The notes beneath the pieces were generated by a model. That model worked only from the letters and a program-made list of their open reading frames with translations. It searched no databases and had not been told where the DNA came from. Both the position numbers and the translations under genes were made by a program. A stretch of 64,000 nucleotides of DNA from the NCBI RefSeq assembly GCF_054482525.1, contig NZ_CM137006.1. One strand, given 5' to 3'. Each line of letters opens with the position of its first letter. Within the stretch, counting starts at the first letter, position 1. This document shows positions 10,324 to 29,497 of this stretch, one piece after another.

Positions 10324-11778
10324 TTATCGGAACGGCGGCTCATTAAAGGTTCGTAATTTACGCGAATGCAGTCGGTCGCCTTCTGCGCGCAGCAAATCGA
10401 TCGCCCGAATGCCAATTTGCAGGTGTTCGGAAATAGCGCCTTCATAAAAACGGTTAGCCTGACCGGGAAGTTTAATCTCACCATGCAACGGTTTATCTGA
10501 AACACACAGTAGTGTCCCGTATGGCACGCGGAAACGATATCCTTGCGCGGCAATGGTTGCACTTTCCATATCAATTGCTACGGCCCGGCTTAAGTTAAAA
10601 CGAAGTGCAGAAGCTGAGTAACGTAATTCCCAGTTCCTGTCATCTGTGGTTACCACAGTGCCAGTACGTAGCCGCTGTTTAACTTCCTCACCGGGCCTGC
10701 CGCTGACTAACTTGGTAGCGTCATAAAGCGCACGTTGCACTTCAGCAATGCTCGGAATAGGAATATCGGGCGGCAGTACCGCATCAAGAACGTGGTCATC
10801 GCGTAAATAAGCGTGTGCAAGTACATAATCTCCAATGGCCTGGCTTTCACGTAAGCCACCACAGTGACCAATCATCAACCAGACATCCGGGCGTAGCACC
10901 GCCAGATGATCGCAGATGGTTTTTGCATTTGACGGTCCCACGCCAATATTCACCAGAGTAATACCCTGACCATCGGCGGTAATTAAATGCCATGCTGGCA
11001 TCTGGTGTTTTTTCCATGCAAGGTCGGAAATGGCTTCTTCTGGCGCTTCGGTTTCGGCGGTGATCCAGTTCCCGCCAGCACAAGAAAGGGCAATGTAGGG
11101 ACTATCAGGGTCGAGGATCTGGCTGCATCCCCAACGAACGAATTCATCCACATAACGTGTGTAGTTGGTAAACAAGACGAACGGCTGAAAATGTTCAACT
11201 GGCGTACCGGTATAATGGCGCAACCGCGCGAGGGAAAAATCGACGCGGCGCGCATCAAAATGCGATAGCGGGGAGAATTCCGTTGGATGATAAATGCCGT
11301 CTGCAGTTTCATCGCCAATTTGCGCCAGTTCTGTTGTCGGGAAATAGCGAGTTAACCCAGCGCTCATTGAGCGATCAAGGGTCAATTCTGAGCCATCGAT
11401 GACATAAGGATAAGGGATTTCATGCTGCGAGGGTTGCACAGAGATATGCGCACCATAATCCTGATACAGCAACGTAAGTTGTTCATTGAGATACGAACGA
11501 AAGAGAGTAGGGCGAGTAATCGTGGTGGTGTAGCTGCCTGCGTGGGTAAAGCGACCAAATGCGCGCGTTTTGGGGGGATTGGTTGTGCTACCGTCCCAGG
11601 TTACGGTCAGTGATGGATAGACAAAAAGACCTTGTTTGCGGGCGTTTTCATCAGGTAATTCGCCACTTGTAATATATTTGCCAATGGCGTTGCGTAATGC
11701 GACTACAGATTGCTCATACAGCGCATCGAGTTTATCCAGTGCCTGAGCTGGGGTCAGACCGGAGCCCTTATTATTCAT
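10324..11778 (-). CDS. amn: AMP nucleosidase
   Basis: Translation from MNNKGSGLTPAQALDKL... (484 aa) matches Amn as recalled; ATG at 11778 with upstream RBS; ORF-track start is an upstream TTG extension. Confidence 0.93.
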   Translation of the reverse strand: MNNKGSGLTPAQALDKLDALYEQSVVALRNAIGKYITSGELPDENARKQGLFVYPSLTVTWDGSTTNPPKTRAFGRFTHAGSYTTTITRPTLFRSYLNEQLTLLYQDYGAHISVQPSQHEIPYPYVIDGSELTLDRSMSAGLTRYFPTTELAQIGDETADGIYHPTEFSPLSHFDARRVDFSLARLRHYTGTPVEHFQPFVLFTNYTRYVDEFVRWGCSQILDPDSPYIALSCAGGNWITAETEAPEEAISDLAWKKHQMPAWHLITADGQGITLVNIGVGPSNAKTICDHLAVLRPDVWLMIGHCGGLRESQAIGDYVLAHAYLRDDHVLDAVLPPDIPIPSIAEVQRALYDATKLVSGRPGEEVKQRLRTGTVVTTDDRNWELRYSASALRFNLSRAVAIDMESATIAAQGYRFRVPYGTLLCVSDKPLHGEIKLPGQANRFYEGAISEHLQIGIRAIDLLRAEGDRLHSRKLRTFNEPPFR

Positions 11779-11879
11779 GTGTGTCTCCTGTTCCATACAA
11801 TTACCGCACATCCGATAGTATGTCACAGAAATGTGAAACAAAAGTGTAAGGCGAAGATCGGATGATCTTCGCCAGACTA

Positions 11880-13196
11880 TCAAGCGCGTTGATTATCTTT
11901 CATCAACAAAGCGGTCATTGCGGAAATCAGGCATCCAGCCAGCAAATAAATGGCGACGCTATGCCAGTTCCCGGCAAAGTAAGTGATAAGTGCAGCGGCA
12001 ATGAAAGGTGTAAATCCACCGCCAACCACACTGGCAACCTGATATCCGACTCCAGCGCCACTATAGCGATAACTGGCACCAAACATTTCGGTAAACATCG
12101 GTTGTTGCACGCACACCACCATGTCATGCGCAATGTTTGCCAGCATTATGGAGAAGAAAACTATCCAGAAAATGGATTGTGCTTCAAGCGCCATAAAGAA
12201 AGGAAATGCGCTCAACGTTCCGATCAACGCACCTGTGATATAAACCCTGCGCCGACCAAAACGATCGGCAAGCCAGGCAAAACAGGGAATTGTCAGGCAG
12301 CTTAATCCACCTACCAGCAAACCAATATTGAGGAAAAGTTCGCGCGGTAACCCCATATTCTGGGTTGAATAATTAAGTGCGAAGGCGGTAACGATGTACA
12401 TCGTCAGCAACTCGCACAGTCGTAGCGCAATAATCTTCAGGAAAGCACCGGGATGTCGTAATAGTGCTTCGATAACCGGAATGCGTTTTTTCGCGGCCGC
12501 TTGATTATGTTGCTGTTGTTCGAATTCCGCGGACTCCTCCATGCCATTGCGCACCCACAATGCTCCCAGTACCAGTACGATGCTAAACAGGAAAGGAATG
12601 CGCCAGCCCCAGCTTAAAAACTGTTCGTCAGTCGTCATCATACTGATCAATGAAACCAGTCCGGTTGAAAGCAGTAAACCTACACCGTAGCCAACTTGTA
12701 CACCGCTACTGTAAAAGGCTTTTTTATTTTTCGGAGCACTTTCAACGGAAAGTAACGCCGCGCCTCCCCATTCGCCGCCGACGGCAAATCCCTGTATGGC
12801 ACGCAGCGTCACCAGTAAAATGGGGGCCCACCACCCAATGGTCGAGAAGGAAGGAAGAATACCAATCAAGGCTGTCGCGATGCCCATCATCCAGACGGTC
12901 AGCATTAACATGCGTTTACGTCCCAGTCGGTCGCCAAAGTGACCGAAAATGACACCGCCGAGCGGACGGAACAGGAATCCGACACCAAAGGTGGCAAATG
13001 CGGCGAGCGTTCCCATAGCCGGGCTTACTTGCGGGAAAAACTCGCGATTAAACACCAGTGCGGCGGTAATGCCATAGAGTAAAAAATCATACCAGTCGAC
13101 GACGGCACCGGCAAAACTGCCTAACGCAGCTCGTCGGGCGCGACTTAACGAAAGCGTCCCTTCATCGGGACGAGTGGAGATGAGCGTGGAGTCCAT
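11880..13196 (-). CDS. shiA: shikimate MFS transporter
   Basis: 438-aa 12-TM MFS protein beginning MDSTLISTRPDEG...; synteny with amn/yeeN. Confidence 0.9.
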   Translation of the reverse strand: MDSTLISTRPDEGTLSLSRARRAALGSFAGAVVDWYDFLLYGITAALVFNREFFPQVSPAMGTLAAFATFGVGFLFRPLGGVIFGHFGDRLGRKRMLMLTVWMMGIATALIGILPSFSTIGWWAPILLVTLRAIQGFAVGGEWGGAALLSVESAPKNKKAFYSSGVQVGYGVGLLLSTGLVSLISMMTTDEQFLSWGWRIPFLFSIVLVLGALWVRNGMEESAEFEQQQHNQAAAKKRIPVIEALLRHPGAFLKIIALRLCELLTMYIVTAFALNYSTQNMGLPRELFLNIGLLVGGLSCLTIPCFAWLADRFGRRRVYITGALIGTLSAFPFFMALEAQSIFWIVFFSIMLANIAHDMVVCVQQPMFTEMFGASYRYSGAGVGYQVASVVGGGFTPFIAAALITYFAGNWHSVAIYLLAGCLISAMTALLMKDNQRA

Positions 13197-13510
13197 AATG
13201 ATCCTGTTTGTACTGTCTTTTTATAATTAGTATGGAAAAGGTAACTCACATTGCCGTCGATCTATAAACGAACCTTATGAGACTACCTCGACAGAGCGCA
13301 TCTGCAAATGATTTTATGGCTGATGAGCAACAACACGAAAAATTCGCTGGAAGATGAAAGCGCAGGAGTTGCTGGTGTTGTTTAAGGATTAAGCAGAGGC
13401 CCCACAGGTTCGAGATATGAAACATAAAAGTCCGCATATGTACAAAATAGCACCCTGATGAGTCTGATAGACTGCATTGCATTATAACCAGTAGGGAGGC
13501 GAGGTTAGGT

Positions 13511-14563
13511 ATGTTTTTAGCATCATTGTTGAGACGTATTGCATTTAGTTACTACGATTATAAAGCTAATAATTTCAATATTGGAAAAACAGACTTTGTT
13601 GTCATCCATATTCCCGATCAAATTGGCGATGCTATGGCCATCTTTCCAGTTATTCGGGCGATTGAAATGCATAAAATAAAGCATCTTTTAATTGTTACTT
13701 CGACTATTAATTTAGAAGTCTTTAATGCGCTCAAACTTGAACAGACTAAATTAACATTAGTCACAATGACTATGCAGGATCACGCAACATTAAAAGAAAT
13801 AAAAGATTTAGCGAAGAACATAACACAGCAATACGGTACGCCGGATCTTTGTATAGAGGCGATGCGTAAAAAGAACTTGAAAACGATGTTATTTATCAGT
13901 CAGTTGAAAGCAAAAACGAATTTTCAGGTTGTCGGTTTAACCATGAAGTGCTATTCCCCTTTGTGTAAGAACGCGTCCCGGATGGATCAGAATCTCAGGG
14001 CTCCCGTACCCATGACATGGGCGTTTATGATGCGTGAAGCGGGTTTTCCTGCAGTCAGGCCAATATATGAATTGCCATTAAGCGAGGATGTACTCGATGA
14101 GGTGCGCGAGGAAATGCGATCGTTAGGATCTTACATTGCGCTTAATTTAGAAGGTAGCTCGCAGGAGCGTACATTTTCATTATCGATTGCAGAAAATCTA
14201 ATAGCAAAAATTCAAAGTGAAACAGATATACCAATAGTGATCGTTCATGGACCCAAAGGGGAAGATAAAGCCAGGGAACTAGTGAATAGTTATAATAATG
14301 TCTACCGTTTATCCTTGTCACCCTCGATTAAACGTTCAGCAGCAATCATAAAAGATGCTTATATCGCAATAACACCTGACACCTCAATATTACATATGGC
14401 AAGTGCCTATAATACCCCCGTTGTTGCAATTTATGCTGATTACAAAACGCGATGGCCCGCAATGGCCGATGTCTCGGAGTCAGTCGTCGTTGGGCAAAAA
14501 ATTGACAATATAAGTCTGGATGAATTCGCAAAGGCATTAAAAAGTGTTTTGGCGAGAATTTGA
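13511..14563 (+). CDS. yeeL: glycosyltransferase family 9 (heptosyltransferase-like) YeeL, apparently intact
   Basis: 350-aa uninterrupted ORF, AT-rich, GT9-like C-terminal half (SILHMASAYNTPVVAIY); convergent with yeeJ. Confidence 0.65.
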   Translation: MFLASLLRRIAFSYYDYKANNFNIGKTDFVVIHIPDQIGDAMAIFPVIRAIEMHKIKHLLIVTSTINLEVFNALKLEQTKLTLVTMTMQDHATLKEIKDLAKNITQQYGTPDLCIEAMRKKNLKTMLFISQLKAKTNFQVVGLTMKCYSPLCKNASRMDQNLRAPVPMTWAFMMREAGFPAVRPIYELPLSEDVLDEVREEMRSLGSYIALNLEGSSQERTFSLSIAENLIAKIQSETDIPIVIVHGPKGEDKARELVNSYNNVYRLSLSPSIKRSAAIIKDAYIAITPDTSILHMASAYNTPVVAIYADYKTRWPAMADVSESVVVGQKIDNISLDEFAKALKSVLARI

Positions 14564-15134
14564 GGCAGTACTTATGCATAGTAATGCCGATCTGTTATGA
14601 ACGGTAGTGTCATCAATGCTCTGAGGCTGGTCAATCATCACAGAAAACCAGCCTTTGGATCAAAGCAGTACTCACCGAAAATGCTCATAGTCACACCGAA
14701 CGCGATTCAGGTGGAACTAAAACATTCACCATCATAAATAAGACAGCCTGAACTTAAATCCCCGTTAACAGGCATACATTATAATGAGTGGTACTGATGT
14801 AATTTGTAATATTGAAATATGAACTGATATTGTTTGTTCGTCCTGACATATCTTCCTCCTTGATGTAATTAGCTAAACATTAACGTAATTTGACTGCATA
14901 GCAACAATGATAGCTATCAATAATAGCTCATGTACTTCGTTTCCCGCTGGCGTGGAACAGGTGGTTATACCATGTGTGAAAGCGTTTATTAAAAAAGAAA
15001 GGAGGCTCGACTATCTTCAGACTAACAGGGATGTATGGGAAAATGCAGGTATATTAATGGAGCGTTTGACAGCAAACGAATGTAAAAGTAGAGCGCCCCG
15101 AATGGAGCACTCTGTAAGAAAATATAGCGAAAAA

Positions 15135-23747
<8,613 letters not shown>

Positions 23748-24059
23748 GCTTACCTTCCCTGAACGAGCTAACATAAATGCGCCCTTTCTAGCACAGCGAA
23801 AAAAAGTAAATCCTGATAGCAATATGATTGAAAATTAATAACTTTTCGTTAAGCAGTTTTGAGTGTGAGTTGCAAGAGGGGAGACTACTGAATTACTCAA
23901 GTTTTATAATCGAGGGGAAAATGGTGATGGCGTTCATAGCAAAACGCCCTCAACCATAAAGGTTGAGGGCGCTTAAGATGTCAAAAACCCGCTATCCGTT
24001 AAAAAGCAATGCTCAACTAAGATCAGTGACATTGCGCTAAAAAGCGAATTTTTAGAATT

Positions 24060-24135
24060 TGGCTCCTCTGACTGGACTCGAACCAGTGACATACGGATTA
24101 ACAGTCCGCCGTTCTACCGACTGAACTACAGAGGA
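24060..24135 (-). tRNA. asnT: tRNA-Asn (anticodon GUU)
   Basis: Reverse complement is a canonical 76-nt tRNA-Asn ending ...GTCCAGTCAGAGGAGCCA; terminator-like hairpin downstream at about 23943-23970. Confidence 0.95.
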
Positions 24136-24235
24136 ATCGTGTGAACGGGGCGCATATTACTTAGCGGTACCTTGTCTGTCAACACTAAATTTCATAAGCC
24201 ATTTCAATTGGTTAATTAATCTGCAAAGTTGTTAA

Positions 24236-25033
24236 TTAATGAACATTCGTCGCCGAAAACGAGTCTGTATCATTAGCGTGATGCAGTCTCTGCAAAGGAT
24301 CTTGTTGATAAAATTGGCAGAAACGTTGCCACAATGAAGGGAAACGAGGAGCAAAAAGTTCTGGGGCGCTAAAGAAATATTCAGAAAGTACGGCAAAACA
24401 CTCAGCAGGATCACTGGCAGCATAAGCATCGATGCTCGCCGCATTCTCGCCAACTAATTCGATTTCTTCCTGAATGTTGTTCATTGCAGCATGAAGATCG
24501 TGTTCCCAGCCAGCAACCTCACGCAACGGAATAAAGGGAACTCCGCTGGCGCGATCGCCGTTACGGGTGTCCAGCTTATGAGCGACTTCATGAATAATCA
24601 GGTTAAAACCAGAAGCATCAAAAGAATCTTGTATATCCAACCAGTTCAAAACGATAGGCCCTTGCTGCCAGCTCTGACCTGACTGAACAATACGTTGGTT
24701 ATGCACCAGACCGATATCGTCTTCCCATTCGTCATCGACCACAAATGGCGCAGGATAAATTAAGACTTCATGAAAACCATCCAGCCATTCCAGTCCTAAC
24801 TCCAGAACGGGCAGGCAAAATAGAAGTGCTATCCGGCAGCTTCTTAATGAATCCAGTTCAAAGCCCTGTAAAGGAACAAGCCGCTTTTGCTGTAAAAAAC
24901 GTTCGGCAAGAGTGACTAATTTGCTTTGTTCCTGTTCCGTCAGACACGTTAAAAGGGGGATCGATAGTGCTTCCTGCCAGGGAAGGGCAGTTTGATGTGC
25001 TGATTCTTGTACTTTCCAGGGCCACTTAATCAT
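24236..25033 (-). CDS. mtfA: Mlc titration factor A (MtfA/YeeI) zinc peptidase-like protein
   Basis: 265-aa translation [23 protein letters not shown]... with HEVAH motif; ATG at 25033. Confidence 0.9.
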   Translation of the reverse strand: MIKWPWKVQESAHQTALPWQEALSIPLLTCLTEQEQSKLVTLAERFLQQKRLVPLQGFELDSLRSCRIALLFCLPVLELGLEWLDGFHEVLIYPAPFVVDDEWEDDIGLVHNQRIVQSGQSWQQGPIVLNWLDIQDSFDASGFNLIIHEVAHKLDTRNGDRASGVPFIPLREVAGWEHDLHAAMNNIQEEIELVGENAASIDAYAASDPAECFAVLSEYFFSAPELFAPRFPSLWQRFCQFYQQDPLQRLHHANDTDSFSATNVH

Positions 25034-25126
25034 CGTTTTGCTCGCAAACTCGTCACTTGAACAAAATTGCACGGACAGGGACTGTTAAAATGCCAAATTT
25101 CCTGGCATCATGGCAACCATCTGAAC

Positions 25127-25216
25127 GGAGAGATGCCGGAGCGGCTGAACGGACCGGTCTCGAAAACCGGAGTGGGGGCAACTCCACCGGGGGTTCAAAT
25201 CCCCCTCTCTCCGCCA
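25127..25216 (+). tRNA. serU: tRNA-Ser (anticodon CGA), prophage integration target
   Basis: 90-nt type-II tRNA GGAGAGATGCCGGAGCGG...CTCGAAA...CTCTCTCCGCCA. Confidence 0.92.
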
Positions 25217-25268
25217 AAATTCAATCACTTACACATCATTAAGTCAGTGACAAAAATCACACTTGGAA

Positions 25269-26294
25269 TTACTTGGAATATTTTCTTGGAATATTTTCAG
25301 GTAACGGGACATCAAGTGTTGGTGAAACTTTAACCTTCCTGTCATAGATTAGCACTTGCCCTTCGGTTTTGTGACCAGAGAAAAGTTGCTTATCCCGGCT
25401 GCTTCCTTCATAGTCTGAAATTCCTTTCGCCTTCAGATCATGAAAGGTGAAGTCGGTTAAAATACCTGAAATTTTTCCAGCACGATTTCTTGCATCTACC
25501 CACATTTCGTTAAAGCCTTTGTACATATATCGGTTGCCGTATTGATTGCTGATCACATAGGCAGATTTTGGCAACTGTTTTGCTTTTTCGATCGCTGCCT
25601 GTAATCGTGGACTCCATGCTTTTATCTGTTTTTTTCCGGTTTTCCCTTGCTGGATGAATATCCCGTCGTTTCCAATCTGTTCCCATTTCAGCGATAACAC
25701 ATCGGAAACCCTCGCTGCACACAGATAGGCAATTTCCATTGCGATAAAAACAGGAAGAGGTGCAACGCTTAATACTGCCTGGTATTCTTTGTCGGTTACA
25801 TATCGTTCGCGGTTTTTGGCCTTGAATTTACTTACACCTGCACATGGGTTAGCCTTCACGTACCCTCGCTCATACCCCCAACTGTAAACACGGGACATAC
25901 TGCTTTTTTCATGGTTGGCTTGCGTTTTACTCTGCTCCCCTCTTTTGTCCATGTATCGACGGATGTGTTCTGGTTTTATGGAATCCGCTGGTACCTTACC
26001 GAATACGGCAAGCAACTTTTTTTGATGTTGCAGATAATCTTTTTGTGTTCTTGGACTAAGGTCACTGTAATAGGCGCTGGCGAGGAATTTTTCCCACAAG
26101 CGACCGAATGTCATTGCACGATCGCGATTATTTACAGTTTCCTCATACTTTTTCCATAAAGCAGCTAAACCATCCTTGATGGCGGTTAGTGTGACAGATT
26201 CTCTGGATGTTGGTTTCCATACATAACTATATTTATTTGGGTATACATTTGGAGGTAATTTTTCGTGTTCAGGATTTTTCCTTCGTCTTCCCAT
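25269..26294 (-). CDS. int: phage integrase (tyrosine recombinase)
   Basis: 341-aa ORF ending 52 nt from the tRNA-Ser 3' end and reading toward it; integrase-like translation. Confidence 0.9.
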   Translation of the reverse strand: MGRRRKNPEHEKLPPNVYPNKYSYVWKPTSRESVTLTAIKDGLAALWKKYEETVNNRDRAMTFGRLWEKFLASAYYSDLSPRTQKDYLQHQKKLLAVFGKVPADSIKPEHIRRYMDKRGEQSKTQANHEKSSMSRVYSWGYERGYVKANPCAGVSKFKAKNRERYVTDKEYQAVLSVAPLPVFIAMEIAYLCAARVSDVLSLKWEQIGNDGIFIQQGKTGKKQIKAWSPRLQAAIEKAKQLPKSAYVISNQYGNRYMYKGFNEMWVDARNRAGKISGILTDFTFHDLKAKGISDYEGSSRDKQLFSGHKTEGQVLIYDRKVKVSPTLDVPLPENIPRKYSK

Positions 26295-26497
26295 CAGATC
26301 GCACCAAAATTCGGCTCTACCTCGCGTGGTGGTAAAGTTTTATTGCAGGTAAATAGATCCCGGCTGACAATCGGTTTGCCACTACGATTGGTATAGAACG
26401 GAAGCCCGTTTTCCATTAACCATTTTCGCTGGTGGCTTGCATATTTGCAGCCCGTTAATATTAGCAATTCATCTTCGGTTAAAAATAAGCTGCTCAT
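26294..26497 (-). CDS. xis: excisionase-like protein
   Basis: 67-aa ORF overlapping the int start by 1 nt, the usual xis position. Confidence 0.55.
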   Translation of the reverse strand: MSSLFLTEDELLILTGCKYASHQRKWLMENGLPFYTNRSGKPIVSRDLFTCNKTLPPREVEPNFGAI

Positions 26498-26555
26498 AGC
26501 TATATCTCATAACCGCCGCTAACTATATACGGTTAGCGGCAATTAGGGTTGAACA

Positions 26556-29027
26556 TTAAAAATCAGCCTGACTCGGGATCAGTTTTTGCCAGATAGCTGA
26601 AACGTATTTTGCCTGGTAACGAGCGTCATCAAGTGCATTATGGCGCTCACCTTCGAATGGAATAGCCGTTCTGGCATCGAAGTCTATGGCTTTCCCCAGC
26701 TCAACGATTGTGCGTACATCGCGATCGTTGTAGTAACGCCACGGGCAGGGGATCCCCTGCCGTTCGTATGAACGGCGCAAAATCGTGTTGTCGAAGTTGG
26801 CTCCATTTCCCCAGACCTGAACAAAAAATTCACCGGAGTTTTCGTCGATAAATTCCCGCAATTGTAACAGTGCATCATCTAACGGGATTTCATCGGTCAT
26901 AATGGCAGATTGCGCTTCGCGTGATTGCTTAAGCCACCATTTAATGGTGTCCCGATCAATGACTCCGCCAGCAGTTTCCAGATCGATAGTCTTACTAAAT
27001 TCCGGTCCCATATCTCCGGTTTGCGGATCGAAAAATATTGCACCTATTGAGATGATCGGGGCATCAGGATTTTTTCCCATGGTTTCAAGGTCGATCATTA
27101 GATGGTCACACGTCCTGCTGGTGGATGTGATTTCGTGATGACCGTTCACCTTAATTGGGTGATCTGCCGTCTCGCCAGTTTCATTATCGCTATTGTGATG
27201 CTGATTGCCGCCAGTGTTCTCCTTGTGTGGATGTTCAGCGCCTTCCATTTCCTCCGGATCATCTTCCTGAACTTCAACCTGATACTCTTCATCGAATGTT
27301 TCTTGGTATGTTGCGTCGCCCATCACCGCGCCACAATCAGGGCAGTTGCCGCCGCCGGTCTGACCGCAGGCGGTGCAGACTTTTTCCACTTCCTGTTGCG
27401 CCACTGGTTCAGGCTGTTTCGTTTCTGGCTCGTTTTGTAACGCATTTGTGCTGTTTTGTTCCGCTTTTTGGTAGTTCCGTTCCGATTCATGCTGGTTCTG
27501 GTTCACAGAATCGCGGGTCTGGATCCCCTTAACCCATTTCGGATCATTCGGGTCACTAATCCCTTCAACAAATTCACCACGTGATGCAGCAAGCAACTTA
27601 TCGGCGTCAGGCTGGCTGATATTGGCTGCCTGCATAATTTTGTTTACTTCGTCAGCGGTAACTTTTATCGGCTCTGGTTGTTCTGAATCTTCAGCGGTAT
27701 CTACATTTTGCGGTAAGCCCGTGTATGTGCCATTTTTTCGGGCAAAATATTCTTCTTTTGTGATTTCAGTGGCGCCAGCAGCCAGTGCCTTATCCAGACC
27801 AGAAAGTTTGTTTGCGCGACCGTATTTTTCTCCGTCCTTATCTGCGAAGAGGAAATAGAACGGCCCCTCACGCTCTACAGATGGTTCAGCTTCCGGCGCG
27901 GTTTCATTTTTTGGGATATCAGATACCTCAGTTTCCACTGCATCAGTTTGTGTTTCTGATGACTGGAGAACATCAACAGTGCCCTGGTCTGTTTCTTCAT
28001 TCTCAAACACGCCCTTTGTCGTCAGGTATTCGCAGATATATTTGTTCAGTGCTACGGGATCTTTGTGAATGTCGATCGGACGCTCACGGACAAGGCCAAA
28101 AATAGTTTGGCGGTCGTAGCGAAGGGCATCAGGCTGTTTGCGCATTGATGCCGAGATACGCTTCCAGTCTTCGCGGTCGTTGTCGATAACTTCTTTTTTT
28201 GCCCAGCGATGGATGCTGCCGTCAATGTTTCCGGCATCCACATCACCAGGCCAGAGAGCGTAGGCCAGTTCGTCATCCAGTGTTTTCCATGTCTGCTTGT
28301 ATTCGCGATGAATGGCAGCAATGACCGGGCTGATTTTTCCTGTTGAATTTTCAGTGTACTGTTGATTGGCTCTGGCGCGGGCGAGATCAACAACAGACGT
28401 GTATTTTCCGGTTTCCTTGCGTTCACCTTCGCGACGTTTTTTCCAGATGCGCATCTCTGCCTGAATTTCGGGCCATTTAGCACCAGGAATACATTTATGC
28501 TTAACCCACCCAATGGCGTGCAACTTAAGCTCCGGATACATGGCGTTAACTTCTGGCATTTTCATCAACGCTTCAACGATATGTCCGTCGAATGTTGCCA
28601 TGTCTTCCTGCAACAATTCCTGTGCGCTAATAACCATATCAACGGTGATGTTTTCACATGTGTCGAACTTAACCATGACAGCGTTCTGTACTTCAGGGGC
28701 CAGCTTGTCAAAAGTGACGTTCATCGGATCGGATTCAGTCTCAACCGGGACAAAAGAAGCAGACTCCTCATCCCAGCGGTTTTCCTGCATATATTCAGCA
28801 TCCCATGAATCGAGGGCAGGGCGGGGTATGCCAGGTTTATCCTCGCAGACAATAAATTTATAAGCGCAGTCCTGAGCAGCCGGATAATGTTCCAGGAACT
28901 GCCAGTGAAATTTTGCTCGAGCACGGCGTTCGTCGCCAGCTTCAATGGCTGTGGCTACAGCCACAGTGCCTTCTTCCCTTGTTGCCAGTTCGTCAGGAAT
29001 AGCGGCGCAAATAAAGACTTTACTCAT
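26556..29027 (-). CDS. prophage exonuclease-family protein with central Cys4 zinc ribbon and C-terminal DEDDh-type 3'-5' exonuclease domain
   Basis: 823-aa ORF; CTACGQTGGGNCPDCG ribbon; C-terminal LMIDLETMG...WGNGANFD...HNALDDARYQ motifs. Confidence 0.7.
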   Translation of the reverse strand: MSKVFICAAIPDELATREEGTVAVATAIEAGDERRARAKFHWQFLEHYPAAQDCAYKFIVCEDKPGIPRPALDSWDAEYMQENRWDEESASFVPVETESDPMNVTFDKLAPEVQNAVMVKFDTCENITVDMVISAQELLQEDMATFDGHIVEALMKMPEVNAMYPELKLHAIGWVKHKCIPGAKWPEIQAEMRIWKKRREGERKETGKYTSVVDLARARANQQYTENSTGKISPVIAAIHREYKQTWKTLDDELAYALWPGDVDAGNIDGSIHRWAKKEVIDNDREDWKRISASMRKQPDALRYDRQTIFGLVRERPIDIHKDPVALNKYICEYLTTKGVFENEETDQGTVDVLQSSETQTDAVETEVSDIPKNETAPEAEPSVEREGPFYFLFADKDGEKYGRANKLSGLDKALAAGATEITKEEYFARKNGTYTGLPQNVDTAEDSEQPEPIKVTADEVNKIMQAANISQPDADKLLAASRGEFVEGISDPNDPKWVKGIQTRDSVNQNQHESERNYQKAEQNSTNALQNEPETKQPEPVAQQEVEKVCTACGQTGGGNCPDCGAVMGDATYQETFDEEYQVEVQEDDPEEMEGAEHPHKENTGGNQHHNSDNETGETADHPIKVNGHHEITSTSRTCDHLMIDLETMGKNPDAPIISIGAIFFDPQTGDMGPEFSKTIDLETAGGVIDRDTIKWWLKQSREAQSAIMTDEIPLDDALLQLREFIDENSGEFFVQVWGNGANFDNTILRRSYERQGIPCPWRYYNDRDVRTIVELGKAIDFDARTAIPFEGERHNALDDARYQAKYVSAIWQKLIPSQADF

Positions 29028-29120
29028 TTTGTTTTAACCTCATGACAGATTTAAGGATGAACAAATCCCTGCCATTGCTGGCATATAAGAATGAAACCGG
29101 ATATTTATTACGGAACTGTT

Positions 29121-29312
29121 TTAAAGACCTGCCGGGATTTCGTTATTATCCTGGTGAATAACTTTATCGACCGGATAACAGTTGCCTGGAATTTTCTGTT
29201 CGGTTGCTGCTGCCATACATTCCTGCATTGTTCTGTGAACACTGACTGCAATATCAACTGGCTCTCCGGAAACAAGAAAAACCGTCAGAATAAGTGCAAA
29301 TACTGGATTCAT
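29121..29312 (-). CDS. small secreted/membrane protein (63 aa)
   Basis: ATG at 29312 with AAGGA 9 nt upstream; hydrophobic N-terminus MNPVFALILTVFLVSG. Confidence 0.4.
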   Translation of the reverse strand: MNPVFALILTVFLVSGEPVDIAVSVHRTMQECMAAATEQKIPGNCYPVDKVIHQDNNEIPAGL

Positions 29313-29497
29313 TGTGCACATCCTTTTGGCATCAAACGTAAACGGGCCAGCATTGAAACAATGCATACTTTATTTAATAACTCCCGTTCGTGTTTTCTTT
29401 TGTTAATGGCATCTTCAGTAAATACAGGATTACTGATAGTGACACCAATTTCAAAACAACCTTCAGACGTATTAACGTTTGGTAATAACGTTTTCAT
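29309..29497 (-). CDS. hypothetical early-left protein (62 aa)
   Basis: ATG at 29497 with GAGGG RBS; overlaps downstream gene start by 4 nt. Confidence 0.4.
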   Translation of the reverse strand: MKTLLPNVNTSEGCFEIGVTISNPVFTEDAINKRKHERELLNKVCIVSMLARLRLMPKGCAQ

